From positions 4,726 through 28,725 of the forward strand of contig DAMBQR010000050.1 of assembly GCA_032055545.1 (NCBI GenBank): a stretch of DNA of 24,000 bases, written 5' to 3'. The notes beneath the pieces are model-generated. The model was not told the DNA's origin, ran no database searches, and saw only the letters and a list, made by a program, of their open reading frames with translations. Positions 1 through 7,667 of this stretch are shown here, one piece after another (within the stretch, counting starts at the first letter, position 1; each line of letters starts with the position of its first letter). The stretch is from Pseudescherichia sp. (GTDB taxonomy: Bacteria; Pseudomonadota; Gammaproteobacteria; Enterobacterales; Enterobacteriaceae). The position numbers and the translations under genes are program-made.

Positions 1-270
1 CAGCACCGAATCGGCGCGCTCTGCGCCCCCATCAACCACGGTAACCTGGGGATGGTGCGCCAGCGGCAGGCTGGCGAAGCGCTCGTCGCCCGGACTGACG
101 GCAATAATCACCCTCTCCACACGCGGATTCGCCAGCAGCGCCGCAACCGTATGTTCAAGGATGGTTTTATTGCCAATCGAAAGATACTGTTTAGGGCATT
201 CCGTTTGCATACGGCGGCCAAATCCGGCGGCCGGTACGACGGCACAGATGGCCGGAACTATTGCTGCCAT
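1..270 (-). CDS. ispD: 2-C-methyl-D-erythritol 4-phosphate cytidylyltransferase, N-terminal part only (gene runs off the left edge)
   Basis: Minus-strand reading frame with ATG at 268-270. My translation, [40 protein letters not shown]..., matches the E. coli IspD N-terminus (..[25 protein letters not shown]..). It has the conserved position upstream of ftsB. Confidence 0.9.
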   Translation of the reverse strand, partial: MAAIVPAICAVVPAAGFGRRMQTECPKQYLSIGNKTILEHTVAALLANPRVERVIIAVSPGDERFASLPLAHHPQVTVVDGGAERADSVL

Positions 271-289
271 GTAAGAAAACCTGGGCCTG

Positions 290-601
290 TTATCGACTGT
301 TTTGTGGTGACCCTGGGCTGCGTTTGGACGCATCCGGAACCAGACGATAAAAGGTTTCGCCCGGCTTGGTCATACTGAGTTCGTTACGTGCGCGCTCTTC
401 AATCGCTTCCTGACCGCCGTTGAGATCGTCAATCTCGGCGAAAAGCTGATCGTTACGCGCTTTTAGCTTAGCGTTTGTTGCCTGCTGTACCGTGACATCA
501 TCGCTGACGCGGCTGAAGTCGTGGAGGCCATTCTTGCCAAACCACAATGAATACTGTAGCCAGACCAGCAAAGCCAGCAACAGCAGCGTTAATTTACCCA
601 T
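290..601 (-). CDS. ftsB: cell division protein FtsB
   Basis: The 103-aa [28 protein letters not shown]...[24 protein letters not shown] is near-identical to E. coli FtsB as I remember it. Confidence 0.95.
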   Translation of the reverse strand: MGKLTLLLLALLVWLQYSLWFGKNGLHDFSRVSDDVTVQQATNAKLKARNDQLFAEIDDLNGGQEAIEERARNELSMTKPGETFYRLVPDASKRSPGSPQNSR

Positions 602-769
602 CCTGCCCCCTGTAAAACGGCATCATCATCCCATAACTTACGCCAGGACTCCACTCTAAGCCGATACCGCAACGACGCTGCCAAATGTACCATACCTCAC
701 CCGCTCCAGGCACTGTCCAGCCTGGAAACATCGTCTTAAAAAGCGTTACGGTTTGAATTATGGCGTGCT

Positions 770-1093
770 TTAACCCATTAGCCACATGAATAAGACGCCG
801 AACATCGCGACGCTGGCCAGCGCCGTTGCCAGGCTGCTATAGACCAGCCTGCCGTTGAGCAAAGAGTGGATTGCTACCCCTACCACCACCGCAACGGGCA
901 TGAGCGCCAGAAAGAATGGCCAGGTATAGAGAAAGAAAAAGAGGGTGTTAGAGCCGTACAGCAGAAAAGGTATGCTTAGCGCCAGCAGCCATGAGGCAAA
1001 GCCAACCACAGCTCCTGGCAGTGACCAGGTCGGCTCGTCGTTGGCAACGCCGGTTTCAGATGGGTTGATAGTAATATTCTGGCTATTGCGCAT
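770..1093 (-). CDS. ygbE: YgbE-family small inner-membrane protein
   Basis: The ORF track gives 770..1129. I trim the start to the ATG at 1091-1093 (MRNSQNITINPSE...), which gives 107 aa as in E. coli YgbE. The ..TWSLPGAVVGF...YGSNTLFFF.YTWPFFLALMPVAVVVG.. region is conserved, and the ftsB-ygbE-cysC synteny holds. Confidence 0.85.
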   Translation of the reverse strand: MRNSQNITINPSETGVANDEPTWSLPGAVVGFASWLLALSIPFLLYGSNTLFFFLYTWPFFLALMPVAVVVGVAIHSLLNGRLVYSSLATALASVAMFGVLFMWLMG

Positions 1094-1140
1094 AGTGGAT
1101 CCTGTGACCTGACTTGCCGGGCGCAACACCCGGCGTTGTC

Positions 1141-1746
1141 TCAGGATCTGATAATATCGTCCCGTTTCAGTAGATCTAATAATTGAGCCACCAAATTTGT
1201 TACCAATTGTTCACCGTCAAGATGCAGTTCCGGCGACGCCGGCGCCTCATAAACGGAATCGATCCCGGTAAAATGACGTAGTTCACCGGCACGCGCCTTT
1301 TTATATAGCCCTTTTGGATCCCGCGCTTCGCAGGTAGCCAGGGAGGTATCCACAAAAACTTCGTAGAAACGCCCCTCGCCTACGCGCTCCCGTACCATCT
1401 GCCGTTCCGCACGGTGCGGAGAGATGAATGCAGTCAGCACCACCAGTCCCGCATCCACCATCAGCCGGGCCACCTCGCCCACGCGACGAATGTTCTCTTT
1501 GCGATCGTCGTCACTGAAGCCCAGATCGCTGCACAGACCGTGGCGCACATTGTCGCCGTCGAGCAGATAGGTACTGACGCCCAGACGGTGCAGCGCCTCC
1601 TCCAGCGCACCAGCGACCGTGGATTTACCCGAGCCGGACAGCCCGGTAAACCACAGCACAACCCCACGGTGACCGTGGAGTTGCTCCCGCTGCTGTGCAG
1701 TGACGGGATGGGCGTGCCAGACGACGTTCTCGTCATGCTCCGCCAT
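1141..1746 (-). CDS. cysC: adenylyl-sulfate (APS) kinase
   Basis: 201 aa with a P-loop (GLSGSGKST) and strong resemblance to E. coli CysC. Its start overlaps the cysN stop (ATG/TAA overlap at 1744-1748), as expected for a translationally coupled cysDNC operon. Confidence 0.97.
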   Translation of the reverse strand: MAEHDENVVWHAHPVTAQQREQLHGHRGVVLWFTGLSGSGKSTVAGALEEALHRLGVSTYLLDGDNVRHGLCSDLGFSDDDRKENIRRVGEVARLMVDAGLVVLTAFISPHRAERQMVRERVGEGRFYEVFVDTSLATCEARDPKGLYKKARAGELRHFTGIDSVYEAPASPELHLDGEQLVTNLVAQLLDLLKRDDIIRS

Positions 1747-3173
1747 TATTTGCCTCCCAGCAGATCGCGCGCGCCCCAGTGCGGGAAGTGCTTGCGTACC
1801 AGGGCGTTCAGCTCCAGTTCAAAGGCGCTGAACTCAGACGGCACTGCCACGGCGTCGGCATTCGGCTGATTGACCATGCCTGCGCCAACGGTGACGTTGC
1901 TCAGGCGGTCGATAAAGATCATCCCCCCGGTAACCGGGTTGTCCTGGTACTTATCCAGCACCAGCGGCTCGTCAAAGGTCAGGTCCACCAGGCCGATACC
2001 GTTCAACGGCAGGGCTTCAACGCTGCGCTGGGTCAGATTGTTGATGTCTACCTGGTACTGAATACCGTCCACGCGCGCCCGGGTCTTCTTGCCCGCGATT
2101 TTGATATCGTAGCTCTGTCCCGGGGTCAGCGGCTGTTCAGCCATCCACACCACGTCTACCGCCGCGCTCTGCACGGCTGGCAGGCTCTCCTGCGCATCCA
2201 GCAGCAGATCGCCACGGCTGATATCGATCTCATCCTTCAGCACCAGGGTAACCGCTTCACCTGCGCCCGCTTCCGGCAGATCGCCATCGAAGGTCACAAT
2301 GCGTGCGACCGAGGACTCTACGCCCGACGGCAGCACCTTCACGCGCTGGCCGACCCTGACGCTGCCGGAGGCAACGGTACCGGAGAAGCCGCGGAAGTCG
2401 AGGTTAGGACGGTTAACATACTGCACCGGGAAGCGCATCGGCTGGGTTTCCACTACACGGTGGATCTCAACGCTCTCCAGCACCTCCAGCAGCGTCGGGC
2501 CGCTGTACCACGGCATGCTCGTGCTCTGGCTGGCAACGTTATCGCCCTCCAGCGCCGACAACGGTACGAAGCGGATGTCGAGGTTACCCGGCAGCTGCTC
2601 GGCAAAGGTCAGGTATTGCTGGCGAATCGTTTCAAAGGTCTCTTCGCTAAACTCCACCAGGTCCATTTTGTTCACCGCCACCACCAGATGCTTAATGCCC
2701 AGCAGGGTGGAGATAAAGCTGTGGCGACGGGTCTGATCCAGCACGCCTTTACGCGCATCAATCAGCAGGATCGCCAGATCGCAGGTGGAGGCCCCGGTGG
2801 CCATGTTACGGGTGTACTGCTCGTGCCCCGGCGTATCGGCGATAATGAACTTGCGTTTTTCGGTAGAGAAGTAGCGGTAGGCCACATCAATGGTGATGCC
2901 CTGCTCACGCTCAGCCTGCAGGCCATCCACCAGCAGCGCGAGGTCGAGTTTTTCGCCCTGGGTACCGTGGCGCTTGCTGTCGTTGTGCAGTGTGGAGAGC
3001 TGATCTTCATAAATCTGGCGCGTGTCGTGCAGCAGACGGCCAATCAGGGTACTTTTACCGTCATCGACGCTGCCACAGGTCAGAAAGCGCAGCAGGCTCT
3101 TGTGCTGCTGGGCGTGCAGGTACGCTTCGACGCCGCCTTCGTTAGCAATTTGTTGGGCAATAGTGGTATTCAT
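1746..3173 (-). CDS. cysN: sulfate adenylyltransferase subunit 1 (GTPase)
   Basis: 475 aa with GTPase motifs ([21 protein letters not shown]). Colinear with E. coli CysN. Confidence 0.97.
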   Translation of the reverse strand: MNTTIAQQIANEGGVEAYLHAQQHKSLLRFLTCGSVDDGKSTLIGRLLHDTRQIYEDQLSTLHNDSKRHGTQGEKLDLALLVDGLQAEREQGITIDVAYRYFSTEKRKFIIADTPGHEQYTRNMATGASTCDLAILLIDARKGVLDQTRRHSFISTLLGIKHLVVAVNKMDLVEFSEETFETIRQQYLTFAEQLPGNLDIRFVPLSALEGDNVASQSTSMPWYSGPTLLEVLESVEIHRVVETQPMRFPVQYVNRPNLDFRGFSGTVASGSVRVGQRVKVLPSGVESSVARIVTFDGDLPEAGAGEAVTLVLKDEIDISRGDLLLDAQESLPAVQSAAVDVVWMAEQPLTPGQSYDIKIAGKKTRARVDGIQYQVDINNLTQRSVEALPLNGIGLVDLTFDEPLVLDKYQDNPVTGGMIFIDRLSNVTVGAGMVNQPNADAVAVPSEFSAFELELNALVRKHFPHWGARDLLGGK

Positions 3174-3182
3174 GGCGGCTCC

Positions 3183-4091
3183 TTAGAAGTATCCCTGGCG
3201 TTTTTTCAGCTCCATCGAGCCGGCCTGGTCACGGTCGATGACGCGCCCCTGGCGTTCGCTGGTAGTCGAAACCAGCATCTCCTCAATGATCTCCGGCAGC
3301 GTCTGAGCGTCAGACTCTACCGCACCGGTCAGCGGCCAGCAGCCAAGGGTACGGAAGCGCACCATACGCTGTTTGATCTCTTCACCCGGCTGCAGGTCGA
3401 TGCGATCGTCATCGATCATCATCAGCATGCCGTCACGCTCCAGCACCGGACGTTCAGCGGCCAGGTAGAGCGGAACGATTTCGATATTTTCCAGGTAGAT
3501 GTACTGCCAGATATCCAGCTCGGTCCAGTTCGACAGCGGGAAGACGCGGATACTCTCGCCCTTGTTGATCTGGCCGTTATAGTTGTGCCACAGCTCCGGA
3601 CGCTGGTTTTTCGGATCCCAGCGGTGGAAGCGGTCGCGGAAGGAGTAGATACGCTCTTTCGCGCGGGATTTCTCCTCGTCGCGACGCGCACCACCGAAGG
3701 CTGCGTCAAAGCCGTACTTATTCAGCGCCTGCTTCAGCCCTTCCGTCTTCATGATGTCGGTGTGCTTAGCGCTACCGTGCACGAACGGGTTAATCCCCAT
3801 CGCCACCCCTTCCGGGTTTTTATGCACCAGCAGCTCGCAGCCGTAGGCTTTGGCGGTACGGTCACGGAACTCATACATCTCACGGAATTTCCAGCCAGTA
3901 TCGACATGCAGCAGCGGGAAAGGCAGCGTGCCCGGATAGAAGGCCTTGCGCGCCAGGTGCAGCATAACGCTGGAGTCTTTACCGATGGAGTACATCATCA
4001 CCGGATTAGAAAATTCAGCCGCCACCTCGCGAATAATATGGATGCTTTCCGCCTCCAGTTGTCGCAGGTGGGTGAGTCGTTTTTGATCCAT
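3183..4091 (-). CDS. cysD: sulfate adenylyltransferase subunit 2
   Basis: 302 aa of the PAPS-reductase/ATP-sulfurylase fold (..[12 protein letters not shown]..). Near-identical to E. coli CysD as remembered. Confidence 0.97.
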   Translation of the reverse strand: MDQKRLTHLRQLEAESIHIIREVAAEFSNPVMMYSIGKDSSVMLHLARKAFYPGTLPFPLLHVDTGWKFREMYEFRDRTAKAYGCELLVHKNPEGVAMGINPFVHGSAKHTDIMKTEGLKQALNKYGFDAAFGGARRDEEKSRAKERIYSFRDRFHRWDPKNQRPELWHNYNGQINKGESIRVFPLSNWTELDIWQYIYLENIEIVPLYLAAERPVLERDGMLMMIDDDRIDLQPGEEIKQRMVRFRTLGCWPLTGAVESDAQTLPEIIEEMLVSTTSERQGRVIDRDQAGSMELKKRQGYF

Positions 4092-4389
4092 AACCGTTCC
4101 TTAAAGGGAAATTTACCACACGAGACGATCTGTTCTGTGCGTCTGTTATACGTCGCATGAGTCGCTAAAAATAAGGGATAGAGGGACTATAGGGGGCGTC
4201 TAAGGACGAATGAAATTACGAATTGGAATGAGTAGTTACTCAATGGAATAACGTTGAGCAAAAGCAAATATCAAAAAGTGCTTAACGCGAGAAAATACGG
4301 GCGTTTAAGCGTAATTGAAATTGTGTAACTTCGATCACAGTTTCATACTATGCACGTCAAAAATTTTGCTTCATTTTTAAGGACTCACT

Positions 4390-5436
4390 ATGTTTCCCGC
4401 ATTGCGCCACCTCGTTGTAGCTCTGGCGCTCGGTGTGTGCTTTTCCGTACCGGCGCAGGCAAAAGCCAGCCAGCCCGGCGCGATGGCCAGCGAGCAGGCC
4501 CGCCATATTGCCACCTACTTCCCGGGCCGCATGACCGGCACGCCTGCGGAGATGCTTTCAGCTGACTATCTGCGCCAGCAGTTTGCCCAGATGGGTTACC
4601 AGAGCGATATCCGCAAGTTCAACAGCCGCTACATCTACACCTCACGCAATAAGAGCCAGAACTGGCACAATGTGACCGGCAGCACGGTGATCGCTGCTCA
4701 TGAAGGCAAGCTGGCCCAGCAGATTGTTGTGATGGCACATCTCGATACCTATGCGCCGCGCAGCGATGCCGATAGCGATAACAACCTTGGTGGCCTGACG
4801 TTGCAGGGGATCGACGATAACGCCGCCGGGCTGGGGGTGATGCTGGAGCTGGCGGACCGGCTCAAGGATGTTCAGACCCAGTACAGCATTCGCTTTGTCG
4901 CCACCAGCGGTGAAGAGGAGGGACGGCTGGGGGCGGAAAATCTGTTGCAGCGCATGAGCGACGCCGAGAAGAAAAACACCTTGCTGGTGATCAATCTTGA
5001 TAACCTGATCGTTGGCGATAAGCTCTACTTCAACAGTGGAAAAAGCACGCCTGCTGCGGTGCGCAAGCTGACCCGGGATCGGGCCTTAGCCATCGCCCGC
5101 CAGCACGGTATTACTGCCACTACCAATCCAGGCCTGAACCCGGACTATCCGAAAGGCACCGACTGCTGCCACGATAGCGAAGTATTCGATCGGGCAGGTA
5201 TTCCGGTCCTCTCCATCGAGGCTACTAACTGGTCGCTGGGGAAAAAGGATGGCTACCAGCAGCGGGCAAAAACTAAGGCATTCCCCGACGGCACCAGCTG
5301 GCATAACGTGCGTCTGGATAACCAGCAGTTCCTCGACAGCGCCCTACCCGGCCGCATTGAGCGCCGCAGCCGCGACGTGATGCGTATTATGCTGCCGCTG
5401 ATGAAGGAGCTGGCGAAGGCGGAGAAGAACTCATAA
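4390..5436 (+). CDS. iap: alkaline phosphatase isozyme conversion aminopeptidase (M28 family), with signal peptide
   Basis: 348 aa: MFPALRHLVVALALGVCF...ARHIATYFPGRMTGTPAEMLSADY...GGLTLQGIDDNAAGLGVMLELA. Colinear with E. coli Iap and divergent from cysD as in K-12. Confidence 0.93.
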   Translation: MFPALRHLVVALALGVCFSVPAQAKASQPGAMASEQARHIATYFPGRMTGTPAEMLSADYLRQQFAQMGYQSDIRKFNSRYIYTSRNKSQNWHNVTGSTVIAAHEGKLAQQIVVMAHLDTYAPRSDADSDNNLGGLTLQGIDDNAAGLGVMLELADRLKDVQTQYSIRFVATSGEEEGRLGAENLLQRMSDAEKKNTLLVINLDNLIVGDKLYFNSGKSTPAAVRKLTRDRALAIARQHGITATTNPGLNPDYPKGTDCCHDSEVFDRAGIPVLSIEATNWSLGKKDGYQQRAKTKAFPDGTSWHNVRLDNQQFLDSALPGRIERRSRDVMRIMLPLMKELAKAEKNS

Positions 5437-5447
5437 ATCGAGTTTGG

Positions 5448-5480
5448 TAGGCCGGGCAAGCGCAGCGCTGCCCGGCGATG
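5448..5480. repeat. REP-like palindromic element / iap terminator hairpin
   Basis: The sequence is TAGGCCGGGCAAGCGCAGCGCTGCCCGGCGATG. The stem GCCGGGCA (5451-5458) pairs with TGCCCGGC (5469-5476). The same motif family occurs in the cysH-cysI gap (TAGGCCCGGTAAGCGAAGCGCCACCGGGC). Confidence 0.6.
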
Positions 5481-5504
5481 AGTGCTGTAGCAAGTCGGGG
5501 GAGA

Positions 5505-5906
5505 TTAGGCTTGCTTGAGTTCTTCAAAAATTTCGGGATGCTTATCGAGAGCCTTGAATAGCAACACAAGCGGACGTGGAGGAGCAACGCGACCTGTTTC
5601 ATACCGGCTAAAGGCATTTGCACCGCCACCAAAAATTTCAGCCGCCTGGCGCTGGTCAAGTTTGAAGCGCTTGCGGATCCTGGCAATAAACGCGGGATCA
5701 ACTTCCTGCGCATTCACTTCGCGATTAAAAGCGCCGATCGCCGCCATATACGTGTCGCCAGCTTCATCGTCTAAGATGCTCTCTCCGCACGCATCGCAAT
5801 AGTCACCGGTAATACCGTAAACCGTAGTTTTACGGCCTTTATACTCGTATTCAACGTTGCGGGTTTCATGTTTAAGATCTGAACCGCCACAGCCAGGGCA
5901 TTTCAT
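5505..5906 (-). CDS. mqsA: MqsA-family antitoxin (N-terminal zinc ribbon plus C-terminal HTH)
   Basis: 133 aa. The N-terminus MKCPGCGG...CDACGE is a CxxC..CxxC zinc ribbon. The C-terminus QRQAAEIFGGGANAFSRYETG is an Xre-type HTH. Size and architecture match MqsA/YgiT. Confidence 0.8.
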   Translation of the reverse strand: MKCPGCGGSDLKHETRNVEYEYKGRKTTVYGITGDYCDACGESILDDEAGDTYMAAIGAFNREVNAQEVDPAFIARIRKRFKLDQRQAAEIFGGGANAFSRYETGRVAPPRPLVLLFKALDKHPEIFEELKQA

Positions 5907-5908
5907 TT

Positions 5909-5965
5909 CTATAGCTCCTTAAATGAGACGATCTCAGCGCCATCTTTAACAATAAGCTTAAGAGC
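5909..5965 (-). pseudogene. 3'-terminal remnant of an mqsR-like toxin gene (about 18 codons plus stop)
   Basis: Minus-strand translation just upstream of mqsA reads ALKLIVKDGAEIVSFKEL*. This resembles the E. coli MqsR C-terminus (..YLKITVIHDVLIVSFKEK) as I remember it. The frame loses similarity at about 5965-5971, exactly where the AT-rich cassette ends. The remaining ~80 codons of a normal mqsR are absent. Confidence 0.55.
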
Positions 5966-5967
5966 AG

Positions 5968-6423
5968 TCACGAGGCGGGAAGGATACCCATCATTTTTAT
6001 TTCTTCTATATGCCTTTTGTTGAGATTAATCTCACACTGATCAATGAATGCTTGGTAATCGTAAGCATCTTCATTAATCTCTGTGGCCACTGCCAGGCAT
6101 AGATTTTTTCTATACTGCTTCCATAGCTTTTGGGCATTTAAGAAACGTTTGCTGTATACCTCTCCTGACGTTTCTGCTGCGGCTTCTTTTCCGTTAAATA
6201 AACCGACGTTATTAGCCTTAATGTTTTTGTTTGTTTCTATAATGACGCCTTCCAACTGTGATTCACTCTCGTTTTTTTTCTGTTGAAGGCATTTTCCTTG
6301 CTGATTCGGATCAGCATGCTGAGCAAAGCAGGCTTTTGCCTCTGAGCCTTCATATAGTGCAGCGCTAGTCAACATAGGAAAATGCAGCATGAAAATGGCA
6401 ATAATTAACACTATTTTCTTCAT
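5968..6423 (-). CDS. secreted DUF1311/LprI-like protein (putative lysozyme-inhibitor-type immunity protein)
   Basis: 151 aa with an N-terminal signal peptide (MKKIVLIIAIFMLHFPMLTSAA). It has the DUF1311-type pattern C..(n)..C ... FLNAQKLWKQYRKNLC ... C....NKRHIEEI. Its start overlaps the upstream gene's stop (ATGA at 6420-6423). The codon usage is AT-rich. Confidence 0.6.
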   Translation of the reverse strand: MKKIVLIIAIFMLHFPMLTSAALYEGSEAKACFAQHADPNQQGKCLQQKKNESESQLEGVIIETNKNIKANNVGLFNGKEAAAETSGEVYSKRFLNAQKLWKQYRKNLCLAVATEINEDAYDYQAFIDQCEINLNKRHIEEIKMMGILPAS

Positions 6424-7328
6424 TTCAAATACCTTAATCTCTGTCTATGATCTTCAAATCTCATATAATATATATCATTTTTGATATATGATCTTAACTC
6501 CTCTTTGCCAGCAATAGCTGCCTCAAAGAGGCTTCTTGCGTTATGTACGCCCTGATAAAAAACATCAACAATGACATCTCTTATTTTTAAGTTAAGTTTT
6601 TCCCACAGCGGCGCATTTGGTATAGCATGTGATACTCTTTGGTAAAGATTTTTCGCTTCTAGCAGTTTTATTTTGTAAGCTATCTCAAACAATCGTACCT
6701 GTTGTAAATGCGTGATTTCACCGACCAGTGGGCCATATGATTTTACGAAATCATGGGCTTGTCGTCCAACGAGCCCAGCAGCGTTAGAGCAAATAACCCC
6801 TTTATACTCCTCGATTCTGGCTTGTCTGAAATGCATCATTATTTCGCCAGCGCTACGGCTTTTCATATCGTAGCCACGTCCTATGGTGACACCGGATAAA
6901 CCAGCTGGCCAGTGAAGGACTCGCGAGAAAAGTTTCAAGTTTTCAGGCTGGCGAAATGGTTCTGGTCCTCGTAAATAGTCTATTCCTTCAGCATCAAAAG
7001 TAATCTGGCCTTCACGAACGTGCAGTGGTCCAGTATCACGAGGCCGCCAATGAGGCGCTATAGCCTTACTGAACATAGAGAAAAACCAGACCTGTTGTGG
7101 GTGAACTAAGCCAGATGAAGACATATTCAATAGTCGTTGATACCAGATAATTGCTGCATTTGTTTCCGGGTCACATTGACCGGTAATACGAAGATGATGA
7201 CCATGGATATGGTTGTAACCAGCATCAATCATCATTTTCTGTAGCGTTCTAACCTCTTCTGGTGCATTGACACCAAAGACACCGATAGAACCAGCGGGGT
7301 GAAATACACGGGGTGAATGGTAGGGCAC
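6420..7328 (-). CDS. putative peptidoglycan-binding, lysozyme/pesticin-like muramidase (candidate antibacterial effector)
   Basis: 302 aa with a GTG start preceded by AAGGAG, and no signal peptide. The N-terminal segment (EEVRTLQKMMIDAGY...TNAAIIWYQRLL) resembles a PG_binding_1 motif. The central REGQITFDAEG...GVTIGRGYDMKSRS resembles the catalytic Glu and G.TIG.G.D signature of T4-/pesticin-type lysozyme folds. This is a motif-level inference only. Confidence 0.5.
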   Translation of the reverse strand: MPYHSPRVFHPAGSIGVFGVNAPEEVRTLQKMMIDAGYNHIHGHHLRITGQCDPETNAAIIWYQRLLNMSSSGLVHPQQVWFFSMFSKAIAPHWRPRDTGPLHVREGQITFDAEGIDYLRGPEPFRQPENLKLFSRVLHWPAGLSGVTIGRGYDMKSRSAGEIMMHFRQARIEEYKGVICSNAAGLVGRQAHDFVKSYGPLVGEITHLQQVRLFEIAYKIKLLEAKNLYQRVSHAIPNAPLWEKLNLKIRDVIVDVFYQGVHNARSLFEAAIAGKEELRSYIKNDIYYMRFEDHRQRLRYLK

Positions 7329-7484
7329 GGTGTTTTGCTCCTTGTCTCTTAAGTGATGATAATCTTTAATTCATTGATTTAATGAATAAATAGCCTACTC
7401 TCACTGACTTTTTTTCCGATTCTACCCCTACTTTCAACCCTGACCCTATCCTAAATTTACTACCCCCTACTCTCAGCTCAAAAA

Positions 7485-7518
7485 ACCCCAAAAAAATGCC
7501 GACCCTAAAGTCAGCATT
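7485..7518 (-). terminator. duplicate copy of the cysH rho-independent terminator (probably terminates CRISPR-1 transcription)
   Basis: On the minus strand the stem ATGCTGAC (7517-7510) pairs with GTCGGCAT (7503-7496, with one G.U pair), followed by a T-run (7495-7490). It is paralogous to the terminator at 21411-21447. Confidence 0.6.
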
Positions 7519-7537
7519 TTTCGTCCGGTGCGTTATA

Positions 7538-7667
7538 TCACCCTTCGTGCAGCCCACATTCGCGCTTGAGGCCGAAGAAGCGGGTCTCTTCCTCCGCCAT
7601 GCCCGGCTCCCATTTGCGGGTGGTATCTCAGGCCATACTTCTGCAGATACTGGTAAACGGTACGGTT
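7538..7667 (-). pseudogene. cysH 3'-end fragment (cysH')
   Basis: 7530-7624 is 95/95 identical to 21455-21549 (the cysH stop codon plus the last 28 codons). 7625-7667 matches 21597-21639 at 36/43. The 47 bp between two GCGGGTGGT direct repeats of intact cysH is missing, which causes a frameshift. There is no 5' part of the gene. Confidence 0.85.

Noticed and set aside
1779-4160. Very long plus-strand ORF (793 aa), plus several shorter ORFs overlapping cysN and cysD.
   Set aside because: It is entirely antisense to two well-supported, conserved genes. The product is low-complexity (rich in R, A, L, Q and H) with no recognisable motifs. This is the typical stop-codon-poor antisense frame of GC-rich coding DNA. 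The same reasoning applies to 22489..23229 and its neighbours, which are antisense to cysI.
4092-4389. CysB-binding sites and promoters in the divergent cysD-iap intergenic region.
   Set aside because: Regulation by CysB is expected from E. coli knowledge. However, I cannot place specific binding sites or -10/-35 elements with any confidence from the sequence alone.
5387-5802. Track ORFs 5387..5713 (minus) and 5515..5802 (plus), which overlap mqsA.
   Set aside because: They are out-of-frame or antisense overlaps of a well-supported zinc-ribbon/HTH gene. Their products are low-complexity (rich in S, A and P).
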